Origin: a virus
DNA length: 64,000 nt
Strand: one strand, 5' to 3'
Virus record (IMG/VR): IMGVR_UViG_3300013101_002049
Location: 1-64,000 of that record
Shown piece after piece: positions 49,601 to 54,404 of the stretch. Position 1 is the first letter of the stretch; each line of letters starts with the position of its first letter. Under the pieces are notes generated by a model, which made no database searches, was not told the DNA's origin, and was given only the letters and a program-made list of their open reading frames with translations. The position numbers and the translations under genes were made by a program.

Positions 49601-51202
49601 AAAGATATTAGAGATGAATTACTACGGGCTAAAGCTAAATATGGGTCTCAATCAAAAGAATATCAAGATTTATTTAATGATTTTTTAAATAAATATGTTC
49701 GTGGAAAAGGTGGGTCAGTTGATAGTGGTATAAATAAGTTTTCATTGAGTGTTGCTCATCCAGAAGGTTTTGGAGAAGGCGGTTTAATAAAATCGCTTTG
49801 GAAAGCTATATTTGGTCAGGCTAAAAAAGAAGATAAAACAATTACTTCGGTATTTCAAGCATCCGATGTGATTAATAAGCGTAAAAAATCTCAAGCTGAA
49901 CAGATAAAAGCTATTTTTGGTGAAAAAAAATCTGGTGGGTTAATAGGTTTTAAAGATGGTGGTGGTGTATTATCTACTAAGGCTTACCAAGATGTACATA
50001 AGTATTTTGTAGATGAAGAAGCCGAGACGCCCGAATGGAATAAGGAAATAGCTGGGTATCTTAGAACAAGAATAAGTAAAATAGAAGATTTAGACGCTTA
50101 TTATTTATCTGAAGATTTAAAAAAGATTGAAGAAGGAGATAAAAAAAGTTGGAAGGAATTTTATAATAAGATATTAGATTATGAAGATATTGCTGATAAA
50201 GTTTTTGAGTCTATTCCAGCCCCTATTATTCCGAAAAAAGAATCTGGTACTGGTGGTTATAATTTAAAGAAAGGAATGAAGGCTGCTAGTGGTAGAACTC
50301 GTGCTGCGCAATTAAAAGAAATTATGGATGCTACGAAAGCACAGGGTGGTTTGTTAAAGGGGTATGCTAAAGGCGGCGGTACTGATAGTATGCTAGCGGC
50401 TTTAAGTCCTGGTGAATTTGTATTAAATAAAGAGGCTACTGATAAAATAAGTAGTAAATATGGGCTAAAATCACTTGAATTTATGAATAAAGAAGGTGAA
50501 CTGCCTGGGTTTGCTTTAGGCGGTATTGTAGCTAAGCGGAGTTATGCGGATGGTGGTCCAGTTTATGATAGTAAAGCTATAACTAATGTATCTGTAGATA
50601 CTTTAAATACACAGCAGTTGGGTGAAGAGATAGGGGATAGTATTGCTAGAAAACTTGAATCTGTTACATTTAAACCAGTCGAGCTTGCTGAAGATTCTAT
50701 TGAAATTTCCTCAGATTCTATTAAAGGTATATCAGATGCCATTGAGAGTGTAAATAGGGGTGTAACGGCTGTAGGAGCTGAGGAGGCCACTACAAAGATT
50801 GACGAATTTATCGACGCTGCTAACTCTAGATTAGAAACATTTTCTGTAAAAATAGATGAGCAAAGTGAATCGATTGAGATACTACATACAAGTATTGAAG
50901 AAGCTACTGATAGAATTAATGATATAGATGTTACTTCTATAAATATGAAGTTGGGTGAGTTAGAACTAAGTGTTTCCGAATTAGTTACTAAAGATGAATT
51001 AAATGTTTCAGGTAGTGATCTTGATTCGAATATAGATTATAAAATACATGAAGCTATTAATTTTATAGAAGAGAGATATATATCTGGAGTTAAAACAGAT
51101 ATAAATATCATTAATGGTAAAATAAGTGATTTACAATATGACCTGGATGATACAAAAGATCACCTTAATGGTGAAGTAAGTAGATTGGGATGGGGGATTT
51201 AA
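28607..51202 (+). CDS. giant (7,531 aa) tape measure polyprotein fused to a DEDDh exonuclease, a virion RNA polymerase and a PD-(D/E)xK nuclease
   Basis: Single uninterrupted ORF (TTG start, AGGGGG RBS) at the canonical tape measure position; sub-domain motifs are listed in the following features. Confidence 0.9.
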   Translation: MPVQEFNFNIKSQPIGDEAKSLIKALNDLKQIITTKQPTSVDVDTSALEKSINKLISSLDKQSGDFGKKLKEVAGQLKVTSKVEGAVSTPDIKLLDQSLKTLSKKLDKLSAEDLSKKVAIVDLETAPVKRGGKLAGKTDFITQVGVIEATLKDILTKTAEELQKAGKIKEINIKPSAGMTEADYKKIFEDIVKKGFKPVDFNKLVQQGKPFEEAMKEVGDILKDSAIVAGHNLVSFDAKVLDAALKQAKVDIDLAGKEYLDTVREARKAFPTRKSHALESYEKDLVDAGKTYSGVAHEAAHDVAVTADVMKALAKSSKELEAAENNLGNLFEQVSNKITGLFTSLTRTEENLSNFSDIISKDVNAFKAFNNTVTATDQSLAELTGKADQAARITSDYAKKAKIQIDDLAKVRSMQAAVFKESTVYPTGPDVSYKQTFYPGVKAIKKMEVLVDNLSKSLNKLQTNIVKSLEGGLRSGWKVLQGEQGEKFQLGKGGREWELTVVDVNKIRRQLKQFNVNLGPDVDPRDAIQAYKEAFVKREESRTETREDVAAKVERWLSRVNPEDLSKFSDTTKLLAEQVKGGKLTGAQLANAPALQDIYKATVLETKAIDDLRKQFFKTITVPAARLTAQGTLGIETKYGAERSLANFATITTGLERLAQEFKLLGGDYNEYLRQLNRITELPFRPDPSKQPEKFKATGDLATELIQRVKSVGGKELIYKGLSEAVQLRMTERGMPTEGFDTTYRSLAQLEEQASKLGVTSLDVAKALDQVNFENFYDVLDRLYQTGKTPFITEKAKGISGVEGERSVRQIAKIKDELLGIMPLVEPGRPKRRAYDEEVVKILTRKVASASPYATTLRPEEQKKHIVDVALAWQEMADNARKLGRAGLYANAPGLGIPEAKPIDLSDSASSQINEFNKTSTSALRDLNKTVVSASTAGIRGLAPFEKFSSISRQMSYSANALAGALPKGGFELPSLVSEREKGMIEAGKYGKGGYGLNVLTELRNTAATFEDQIVISGRLAEAFTRIVKPLVGPAASMIQDIGEMERGKLVGVTARGKALEAEARGMDPKDFEKLVGKVTSKYQDILGVPKTYQGRADVAQISEEIQNVMRMHRGESIEVQTAKLSETFLNYFGRKLSTRFGTKGVSVTPGKIPTDIQEIQDVAKAMAGGLVAKVEPGAGLGFAKMPKSVGEMISDMLEKTLSGEDLGWADMFSQEILDDLITRLRASGNKFIVDLFTEASYGIVSKEEAEKQKKLFSETANVYSELFGKSLMGGVKGIEQVQEDYVDKLGQAPFKLQPIEARISARGVAKRGLMPEVLEGMVNNLIGSLEESTAIKDVDLTADPGVRKKMNDYLRALTYSALDSAEQKAVTKRLRAEGASEQDIERLKDFEKQWSVYTDIVNEYGKTMKSFVSPKFLQIVEEPHLFKEWSERDISKGVRGEKLNFQAFAAYAGIFGEGSKMMEELSGATSLASREGWELIRALQMLDPSMKDLAKTMTESLKTVKLSDVDVFTGRTAEIGELEETIFDVGKFPAPFKLKIPSTAPGKLGEFEDLYVPGPAARATYAEELMGGRVSPTNIARYLSNLVERAKNVENLMALSKEGELDLNDESARKFANTIRAELTEKLTSTYKEFAGIEQKQVVTPANIEFMQSYIDQLKKSLSPVRHVAPIYMTAEAKRGNLRSQTELESVESYERQLRKTDPGKMYSKLLSRIMDILIGAQPESLKAEESKIERARKKFTETGDVPKEYAKQFQNLGKFYENDFDKMLAAFQKRVEERRAARAAFDIELEAGNLKEFSENVGLNLHMTVKESLERALQSLSRARVSYYEELAKQVIGPKHGIEQTFFQRTIPFSVTAKAVTAVTDKTKELDKAITNLSSRSGSNFDNIIDKLKEIKKEHVDYIAKAKQLGMPVLKEGEIGIHPEMAEQIKLKQAGRETDLSKLLSEQLEEAYVTTVRYPFTGTLSVQPHKAKLMETGLARQSLAVPGAPEMNIASMTEEVVKPLREHIDKLVAEREQLWERGGDDAAQKAAELSKEIEGLISLTKELTPKFVNMEQKLDFDGDALFLHTGQVEDSRMEIKKHFEALGDDVTSVRSLFNTLFTAVEETNVKALSEMAYIFGKKQPMEKGFKFLEKPYIEKEVSNLGLDEVFKSLSTYESKKPETDVDFKNWVSKYLTENVFPEVFRKAGGTEAERAAFAGKATAAFAGGGAGIPMGPGAGEFEKTASKLLEELIRRRLWEQKYSDAIVGQLYKLQTGQTVEGISRVARLTELETGFGAGLAGTGKRKFEPATEFLERWPKESIVLGNRPVQEFAARMNEILRFVIQKGLDEKHAGVEAVGKHIIANVGKKGGAEAIMNIMEKEEDQFKDLWKFNDQIKQEAKLRLGKHPTETLREELKRFQPDIAEDMLAGMSRQELIDRITKQIDLSAVFEELFRMIKRQAIKGYVKELRGGLEDLPVEQRAKTEAEVARMGGFEPYARKKIEEESMEDRGISILKYVTTNLEPLYKLRTSMETIGTVGSRAGIKPDVDIILPEQKREAERLSDVYENTLKTAYVLSRSMKGIVSGAQGGAHSMMVLSSVQKRLEELSAIAKRAEDLGVPMAAEAPIPTKRMEYAGGAYMAEAPTLFEDIWSKALMSQTRLGPIEQLDPLESWNKNIERLNKVKKQTESELENLSQTLGIPMIGKEEKSKVFFEFGEKNEDVVKAIDLRSKAFGEFLSTKQPELTPEEVRKSTDEYAKFMTDLLKFQVSMSEQARRVSEAMKAVPFQKTYLEKSFAGLASRAGKSPTEIANEMSSMEESSSKAFDKEIVAKRERRLQDIQDYFAKQRTSTAQSMIDVAATDQPQVIPDRDLADKVRQAAQDSIQQIAEVVNETVVYKTRQALKGLERRAGGGASAGGEEKRLAELYRASGIAGGGGYGGVPQPEAILRQMLGLTEPNMLMEATAFRGTALHRRKQLEMGRKYKQFGGFELEGLTRYIEEGQDLMTGHFDVIYKESEDAQRKLADIKTIYSGRTFKALETLANNISKGGITLDSALKKFEESQSAFDKELARRLNSYISQINFYLESNKDAIGEIIVVSAEDPTKEAKIEIGGFDPALFAKDIQVVKDAKMKVAELLEALSKTDDPETIKSLFSDYRGVYEALVDKLGEVTFETVSAALPTRPTFEVLEQSRLKSWEEFASTLNKEDQDLFEKLSAEYLTAFERMRGPRAEKVFKKWRMEGVPAGGAGAPPAGGAPPGGAGGGDGFDDDEFSEFNKKIQAILNKLRQGIEIDPSEILKLMELYEQARRKFNELMGSRDPKLFKDMTAKYQKLIEEIKQTVSTEYKGGFESAYRMYNMREKVDSNMADNLKKMEKDYSRFRTLDIETEAPDRPEAMHKNLKALFEVARRRHGLVGSDTKKFGADIESLIKSVTEEGPGLDISRQIIAAVDKLPKEKRGYTVSIWKHYRKAVSEYFLKELDRLQEEIESARTEDEARESYAQYEKTLRHFRETIVKNLGKVSDIYTEKAFGGTREFVDPGLAKLTGTFRTKDEISEIARASSRLSGEFQPIVDMLIGEGSGEDIEALVPPIEKVRRAFEMLTSDAEEFKKTLTDEDAFRRFGDQIAKQWDFTKTVKGVTQLRAALESWNRMQVAGIGDVGPSASYTEAQRKNIEETIKLLRQLEKSFVPTGGTAASEMGLVGVPGFLSTSEQEALHKRNIAMTRKYFATPEEEGGPERGRAFTYRYKIVDPSTKQIVRNVAEEFRGLGDTVDSTGRKMGVFRQRTEDLLKQFQERRGFGQAFGRVIRWGLASNVVYGSVKALKGMVNVISDVEYGIAVLRQVMSPLESDFEGITMAAVDFAKEFGLPIRNVIDSMRVFAQQGLAQADVIDRTRTSTLAANVTTLNAADATEALTAATKVYGLQGQSTLRFLDSWSQVEARHAITSADLANALKKAAAAAKTSGVDFDQLNAIVTGIGETSRQTGKEIGTSLRFMFRRLQGEKGPKELGKIGVPVLTPQGDIRSGFEVLGQLADKWGDLNQAQRLAIAQAIGGRRHYNSLIILMDHWGDVLDTLQDSINSKGAAERRNAIVMDTYAKKLEQVRASLTELQIQFGKFALPIAKGALTGLKLLIETISNIPTSIKVAFAAVASFFTLLTKGGSLFDKVAMSFTSSGNIFGDFIKTAKSELSKGVYEIFGEGIGGFSLDNVFKDINTEGLKQFTEATKMGDLESGLGKSVYVLAKVGRSWNNFLTDITKGSASATNKIAHMFDFIGDKLIMGGAALGEKGGPAGIITGALTAALGSVSEMAGYGTEKVAKMLGLTAEQMARLTRSSTGVVGALAPMIGSFFALKPLLSAAWDNFKKLALSASDYEKSMSGLRMLHSGELERIKDLGYEYDKLSKRMSDISISMRPDVKARQQEREEYKSPLHELGKLYGEATDYGNKLAETNIDLVSGFDKFGNAILKTTDNMKGYLEVLESAQQRKMAETELGVLGVYVKDLTKTTGLESFKNEFKKFLAEIPVIGESLAKAIKVSPAKSIEELREKVEDLIALRNKYPLTTSFDIDLNKYNQQLAEVRKSYKQTYNDFLRTLSNIPVEGLNPAQVSEMFSRPEFKEGFEVIANIEPRLQTGALRGKVNWQDVLGTEVLKKLYPSKPLDFTAQLTKGLLEQANISPRDAEAFSGDIVLFTDEIAKKYEMAGNQAILKMQETSEGIVKWTVQFFDKELSTIKELPFDKVSKFVDSIFPVQAISDRLYENIEVLKEFVAGAGAGLRGITEKTFKKDFSLGERFFSQLPTTTLLQTTKGYEPGRGFGEVPFKSGWDKWIDDNFFKPMTEYTRLLEQLKPADLPTGESELAPGLTEDIASLQDILKNNQVVLQYRAVHEDLIKSISEGSRVLKENIAAERNRNEYIVQSSGYLKGLAEDMADVNLGVKKYTDLTLQQRLALAEVGRNMQPFTTARQQYREGTVERQSIVDSITNIDKSLIAVREIGDVARSFGAALPTQDLANYIEEIAKTGDRGTGLLLGETKKVESNTAATVERLDQILEQGGDSAAIERIVERTSGRRNIIDKLEYLTERRNKAAKKDNTELVTTYDRAIDKLTSKLVSEVGPEKALKYVGKNAPMFFGKQDYTQAEFIKRALGNTNFEGFSKALERVQPGITKTKEFTDLVALQQEQSTEQVVSNKNLQKLLAIYSTIEHFNKVSTNRQIKALDSQLGELEVQRKELQKAGTPTEDITNKIAELTTQRGELATRASGQAMREVIAPIALASQEIAKSFGVTDRQLRILGGTIGGTYLAWKAWNKLTGEPIPEYIEELGAKSAEAAQRMSQEGISGKAWRTYYAAKDVVFGKNLDEKLKEAEKKIKEEKVLTEEETKRATEKVMYAGKGKEAPLLLESGMTDKKKPTDVLKDMLKDFKNDFKQSGETIIQGAEKAEDSVVTGAEGFMSRLKKAIPDKEKFGELKEAMKDVFKKYYGKGTATGAGILGSAGIYSEEKAAEQRETSAKIMSELRRLMRKYGIKPEEDTVIFGGERAEESEVRRAGKAESLGQAVRRAVEYTKAKDKARPAEDKILDENSAQTGILHGIYEQTKRTAENTNTFSENLSDELKAGREDRRDEVDNILTNVDKLRGEYLERAGTRVSPLKQIVAALLAATSAGYVSEKSEQRRRNNELENRAEKQVELVDNIIEKYPDVISKAIGDFNTTIVNAGEGLSVETEKVQKAVDTEASEKTMVSRLEDLRNRMTEAYESVNESMEEAAQRMSELELAEEMKKQLEDLDNAIKSSTAIQNLEKKFSVETSGVLAGKRAPQFQLGTQSMLDLSPAESLTFKEDYSRPIMGSIKRTMNNFTGAIGSVWEKAMGSIGNAISTVTLHIFDDTYSDLAEQYEQGTSELSHLMEVASSITTEMTALRAAPMTDESKARYEALEDNLGEITDRMGDLNESLIKTSVSLQSVIAAEEFRIRTLKTEVEASAKFSQAYVGTMIPTDPFSYLGKQGLGAGGFDLQLAKTSDELTNSERLLLEARKSNNTDLIDSIHKYTALTSVLDGQKQQAAETAGKISKLIIEYREQSKVLGINHDKVKLIKNSLDSQIKSYMTLKDSMDKHIESLKELDAVQSGLNFSRLINELQGLKKSYLETSRANEFKRITEGVDKILGGSHPLAKVAPSYAALQAGVPEDQLLNMNKYQLRMAELVAQPGPGPTLEQVNAIRFGKTVDVWAYEQAKQNDELRRQREQAIQYNNAFSRAIKTAEATGTEQDVAKLRELQGAFIKEAKTMYEVKEVDESGVRYYKGIDFDKYIRASEGLFKDLGLGDMESNVTMPIVTSIDNNTKRIIAALQGKDLYKDTERGFFSKLFGFGNDDLIDKKQSGGFITGPGGPREDRVLTRVSPGEYVIKASSAKNIANKYGAGVLHSMNNTGEMPKVAKGGLIPRFQDGGRPDEFIKASSTDEVPEGMVYDYDLGGFRKKVTIEDVERTHSEVKGMLKSMEAFDRYSQMKAEQETEEYMDQLDEKMKQKYSISGVFRSLGDKLSAARKKNQGLGFDFSKDKGTVGNIAEAVEGVTSTGKVFSLGVLESVPRLFQWVAQIGEGMFGLGKTAITKGTKAETYTKGFKNIIDFYTKKDVLKETGSILKDTGIGLTKGIGDMFVRLGEGDMTAAYDVASLVAPIKSGAALKSGKFFKAGKLAPSKYYKELLSNRSTDTIAKSYRKLFPNKKVFEDTMEAYYKKVYSETMDPSKIDASIRLINEIRKGAIIEPSLGEKVMGAGIGVKTKASEIFSGIKSKSKDAWSFGNKNIDEAIRIMSDKSKKYRKGFSEKYKQAGGISGIADKAASNLNKFDDWVDELVKSAGPKVSSMANTAKEYTKTGIGKAKTAAFGVTKKAAKYTALKGLDLLTPRSLKWLYNFIKERPEIFSDMAKKGKSFYESFAKKFSGSESADWGKKASGFWNRWDAGEYSKKSGNYRWRSGSSEKAESGSYRNRRDFWEEGLKNEDPEAYRKYQQYKETAKENMRRRAEEQAAYKSSRKSAKDIRDELLRAKAKYGSQSKEYQDLFNDFLNKYVRGKGGSVDSGINKFSLSVAHPEGFGEGGLIKSLWKAIFGQAKKEDKTITSVFQASDVINKRKKSQAEQIKAIFGEKKSGGLIGFKDGGGVLSTKAYQDVHKYFVDEEAETPEWNKEIAGYLRTRISKIEDLDAYYLSEDLKKIEEGDKKSWKEFYNKILDYEDIADKVFESIPAPIIPKKESGTGGYNLKKGMKAASGRTRAAQLKEIMDATKAQGGLLKGYAKGGGTDSMLAALSPGEFVLNKEATDKISSKYGLKSLEFMNKEGELPGFALGGIVAKRSYADGGPVYDSKAITNVSVDTLNTQQLGEEIGDSIARKLESVTFKPVELAEDSIEISSDSIKGISDAIESVNRGVTAVGAEEATTKIDEFIDAANSRLETFSVKIDEQSESIEILHTSIEEATDRINDIDVTSINMKLGELELSVSELVTKDELNVSGSDLDSNIDYKIHEAINFIEERYISGVKTDINIINGKISDLQYDLDDTKDHLNGEVSRLGWGI
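28958..29550 (+). other. DEDDh (DnaQ-like) 3'-5' exonuclease domain within the tape measure protein
   Basis: ExoI IVDLET (D122, E124), ExoII AGHNLVSFD, YLDT, ExoIII AHEAAHD (HxAxxD). Confidence 0.85.
31430..32970 (+). other. RNA polymerase beta-like (DPBB-B) region within the tape measure protein
   Basis: LAPFEKFSSISR; GLNVLTELRNTAATFEDQIVIS (cf. RpoB GYNFEDSILVS); GRKLSTRFGTKGV (cf. GDKMAGRHGNKGV); PIEARISARGVAKR (cf. PVDIVLNPLGVPSR); GEKLNFQAFAAY (cf. GQRFGEMEVWAL). Confidence 0.85.
33270..35614 (+). other. RNA polymerase beta'-like (DPBB-A) region with catalytic DFDGD within the tape measure protein
   Basis: LYVPGPAAR (cf. LPVLPPDLR); KHGIEQTFFQRTIPFS (cf. KQGRFRQNLLGKRVDYS); EIGIHPEMA (cf. 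QCGLPKKMA); VRYPFTG (cf. NRAPTLH); KLDFDGDALFLH at 34781-34816 (cf. NADFDGDQMAVH). Confidence 0.9.
37320..37930 (+). other. PD-(D/E)xK (Cas4/RecB-like) nuclease domain within the tape measure protein
   Basis: RGTALH ... E ... GHFDV ... ADIKT (D3006, K3008) ... SQINFY. Confidence 0.75.
39940..40900 (+). other. TP901/PhageMin_Tail-type tape measure core domain
   Basis: FAKEFG...VIDSMRVFAQQG...AANV..LNAADATEALTA...ITSADLANAL...DQLNAIVTGIGETSRQTGKEIGTSLRFMFRRL, followed by hydrophobic segments. Confidence 0.85.
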
Positions 51203-51205
51203 TAA

Positions 51206-53344
51206 ATGCCTATAAATTCAGATGATAGATTTTATGAATGGGAAGGGATAGGAGAAAGGTGGATCACTAAAGAAGAATCTTTTGATAGTGAATACCCATC
51301 TAAGCCTCAAAAAGAAGGAGATTCTGTAGCTAAATGGGTTATTGAAGATGTTTTTGGTTTGACTTTGGATGATGATTCTAGAGATATAGGCAGTACTTTA
51401 CCTGGTTATGATATTATTGGGCGTGATCCTTATGATGTTGTTAGATTGTCTCTTATAGCTGATGTGGTAAAAGAAGGAATATTTTATGAGTGTTATATGG
51501 ATGGTGAAGGTATTGTTCATTATTATAGTATAGGCGTAGATCGTAGTGATATAGATAGGCATATTTTGTACTCAATAGATAATGGTGAGATGCAGATGAA
51601 ATGTGATAATGTAATGGTTACAGGATATGATCCACCACCGAAACGATATGCTGGTAATGAATTTAATTTATTAACATTTGCTAATTCCTTAATAAATTCT
51701 GGTGATCAAGATTTATGGGATTTGGATAGAGGTTCATATCCATTATATACTACTTTTGCAGAAGTACTTGGTCCAGAGGCATGTCCATTTAAGTTTGAAG
51801 GATCTATAGAATATGGCGGTAATCCAGATACGTTGGATGATATAGAACCGGAACAATTTGAAAGACTTTTAGTATATAATCCAGAGGAATTTGAGAGTGT
51901 TGTTAATTATTTTTATAAAATAGAAGTCGATTTTTTTGATCAATATAATACTACAGTATCTTTTTCTGATACTAGTGTTAGATATCAAGAATTAGATGGT
52001 TTTGGTAAATTGCAAACACGAAATTGGGTATCTAGTGATAGATATATTAGTAAATATTGTTTGGAAGGCCGCCTTGACGAACCAGATCCTGATGTTGGAG
52101 TTAGATTACCCAGAAGTAATGAATATAAATTTAAAGGTGTTGCGGATGTTTATATTTATGGTTATAAATTAAAATCGATAAAGCTTAATTATACTTTTAG
52201 TTTGGATAAGGAAAAAATTAATGATCCATCTGGTTCAGAAGTATTTGTTGTTACTTTGGATACAATGCTAAGCGAACCGTTTAAATTAACTAAGGATGAA
52301 GATTATATTATAGTACAAGACCCAGCCAATCCAAAATATTCTAAGATAGTGTTTTCATGTAATGTGAGCGAAAATCATCTTCATTATTTTGGTGGTAATT
52401 TTGATTCTGGAGATAATATAAAATTTCGTGTAAGTGAAAAGTGCATATATAAAAATCGTGAAGGTAACGATTATTCTATGGCCGATTTATTAAGCGATGG
52501 TACTCAACTTTACAGAAGCGGTTATTTGAGTGATCAGCGAAGTACTGCTATAGTTGATAGTAGAGATTTTTATACTGCTGTTATTTTTCCTACTGGTGAA
52601 GGAAGTTCAGGTTATGTGGTAGAAAAAATAGTAGTTGTTTATCAATGGAATAATCCATCGATTGTTATAAAAGATCTTAGAAATGATATAGATAGTAATA
52701 AATTAGCAGAGTCAGTGAGAGCAAGTTTTTATCCTATGATCTTAAAAGATGCACCGGCGCCTATTGCTTTTTCAGGGCCTGGTGATTCTAGTGCCTCATT
52801 ATTAGATCAGAATGAGGTTAGACCTGATTACGATCCTAGTACGGCGCAAAATTTTCAACCCACTGAATATGCACGAGCAATGTCTTCGATGGAAGCTGGA
52901 GATGTCCGAGTGTCTATGCCTTTTGCTGATGATGATGAGTGTATTTTTATTGCTGAAAAAATAAAAGAGATGCAAACTGATGTAGCTCATAATGTTGTGT
53001 ATATGTGTTCGCCAGATGCAGAACCAATTTTGGGTCAAAAAATTAATGATGGTGTTATAAATGAAATTGAATATTCTTATCAAGATAGTAGTCAGTATTT
53101 GATATCTGTTACAGCTGGTCCACAATGGCGAGGTGGTGATTCTTGGGATAATTCTTTGTATAAAATGGAAACTGATAATCCAGTTTTAACTGGTACTGTA
53201 TTGAAAATTAGTGACGATAATGTTAGATGTAATGTTAGGGTTAATAAAGTGGGCGTTGTGGAATGTATAAATGGTACTAGAGATTTATTAGGTGTAGGTG
53301 ATAAAGTTAAGGTTACGTTATATAATAATCCAGTAAGCTTATAA
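51206..53344 (+). CDS. putative tail tip/hub protein
   Basis: First gene after the tape measure gene; C-terminal OB-like segment. Confidence 0.45.
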   Translation: MPINSDDRFYEWEGIGERWITKEESFDSEYPSKPQKEGDSVAKWVIEDVFGLTLDDDSRDIGSTLPGYDIIGRDPYDVVRLSLIADVVKEGIFYECYMDGEGIVHYYSIGVDRSDIDRHILYSIDNGEMQMKCDNVMVTGYDPPPKRYAGNEFNLLTFANSLINSGDQDLWDLDRGSYPLYTTFAEVLGPEACPFKFEGSIEYGGNPDTLDDIEPEQFERLLVYNPEEFESVVNYFYKIEVDFFDQYNTTVSFSDTSVRYQELDGFGKLQTRNWVSSDRYISKYCLEGRLDEPDPDVGVRLPRSNEYKFKGVADVYIYGYKLKSIKLNYTFSLDKEKINDPSGSEVFVVTLDTMLSEPFKLTKDEDYIIVQDPANPKYSKIVFSCNVSENHLHYFGGNFDSGDNIKFRVSEKCIYKNREGNDYSMADLLSDGTQLYRSGYLSDQRSTAIVDSRDFYTAVIFPTGEGSSGYVVEKIVVVYQWNNPSIVIKDLRNDIDSNKLAESVRASFYPMILKDAPAPIAFSGPGDSSASLLDQNEVRPDYDPSTAQNFQPTEYARAMSSMEAGDVRVSMPFADDDECIFIAEKIKEMQTDVAHNVVYMCSPDAEPILGQKINDGVINEIEYSYQDSSQYLISVTAGPQWRGGDSWDNSLYKMETDNPVLTGTVLKISDDNVRCNVRVNKVGVVECINGTRDLLGVGDKVKVTLYNNPVSL

Positions 53345-53360
53345 ATAGGAGTTATTTTGT

Positions 53361-53987
53361 ATGGCTACAATAGAAAGAGAGGCTATAAGGGCTTCTATTA
53401 CATTGGGAGATATTGAAATAAGCACACCAGATGTGATTTCTTTTAATGTTAGAAAGTCTCGTGGTCAAAAAGCGGCTACTTTTTCAGCTAGTGTTAAAAT
53501 GGACGCCGCTGCTATGAGTAATGGTGGTTTGTCTTTAATATCTAAAGGTGTTGTTATAGAAGCAGGTGTTAAAGGATCGGAAAGGACTATTTTTACTGGT
53601 GTAGTTCAAAAAGTTACAGTTAATCCAATTAGAACAGACGCTTTAAAGGTTATGGTAAGTTTAGCCGGTAAAGATAATATGAGTGTAATGGAAGGACAAA
53701 AGATAAATAGAAGAGTTAAGACTTATAGAGATGGCGACACACCGCCAGAACGTTGGGGAGTAGTAACTGCTATCGAGGAAGATAATACACCAGTTAAGAC
53801 TGGTTTCGGATTTAAGAGATTTTCTAAGAAAAAAACAGCAGTATTTAATATTGGTAAATTAGCTGTAACTTTTACTCAAGGTGCGTATGTTGATCAAGAA
53901 TTAATTAGAGAATCTTTTGGTGTACCTGTTGGAAATATATTGGTTGAAAAATTAGAAGTAGAAGATTCAACTACTGATGAAGATTAG
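53361..53987 (+). CDS. putative baseplate hub-like protein
   Basis: VISFNVRKSRG..AATFSASV...VVIEAG....IFTG.V resembles the N-terminus of gpD/gp27-like hub proteins. Confidence 0.45.
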   Translation: MATIEREAIRASITLGDIEISTPDVISFNVRKSRGQKAATFSASVKMDAAAMSNGGLSLISKGVVIEAGVKGSERTIFTGVVQKVTVNPIRTDALKVMVSLAGKDNMSVMEGQKINRRVKTYRDGDTPPERWGVVTAIEEDNTPVKTGFGFKRFSKKKTAVFNIGKLAVTFTQGAYVDQELIRESFGVPVGNILVEKLEVEDSTTDED

Positions 53988-54006
53988 TTATAAGAGGTGA
54001 TGTATA

Positions 54007-54402
54007 ATGGCACTTACACGTGAAGCTGAGGATAAATCACAAACAGTTATTAATTGTGCAGTTAATGATGTTATTAAATTAACACGTCCTTTATATTATA
54101 AAGGAATTGAGCAAGGCGATGATAAGACCGTTTCAGTTAATGGTTTTAAAATACTATATCCAGAATTAGGTAGTTTTATTAATTATAGCACCGATGAAGG
54201 TAAGACTTGGGTTAAATACAAACATCAAAAAAGCGGACAACAAATTATTGAATTTATATCACATGATTTAGGTATTCATACATTTACTTGTATTATACAA
54301 GGTATAAGTGTGCATGACCATGCGAGTATTCCGATGGGCGGTCCTGCATACGCTACTTATTATAGTGAGCCTAGCACACATAGTGATGAGGAGGGGGGAT
54401 AG
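54007..54402 (+). CDS. hypothetical tail-tip protein
   Basis: GAGG RBS; HDH motif near the C-terminus. Confidence 0.5.
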   Translation: MALTREAEDKSQTVINCAVNDVIKLTRPLYYKGIEQGDDKTVSVNGFKILYPELGSFINYSTDEGKTWVKYKHQKSGQQIIEFISHDLGIHTFTCIIQGISVHDHASIPMGGPAYATYYSEPSTHSDEEGG

Positions 54403-54404
54403 TA

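Noticed and set aside
49730-49770. J-domain-like HPE motif (SVAHPEG)
   Set aside because: It is not HPD, and the surrounding helices do not convincingly match a DnaJ domain.
28607-51202. Inteins or introns explaining the embedded enzyme domains
   Set aside because: No intein boundary motifs or LAGLIDADG domain were seen in the ORF, and the frame is uninterrupted.
3657-53125. Minus-strand and nested ORFs in the six-frame track (e.g. 42346-43029, 40873-41265, 3657-4058)
   Set aside because: They are antisense or alternate-frame shadows of long + strand genes, with no recognisable motifs.
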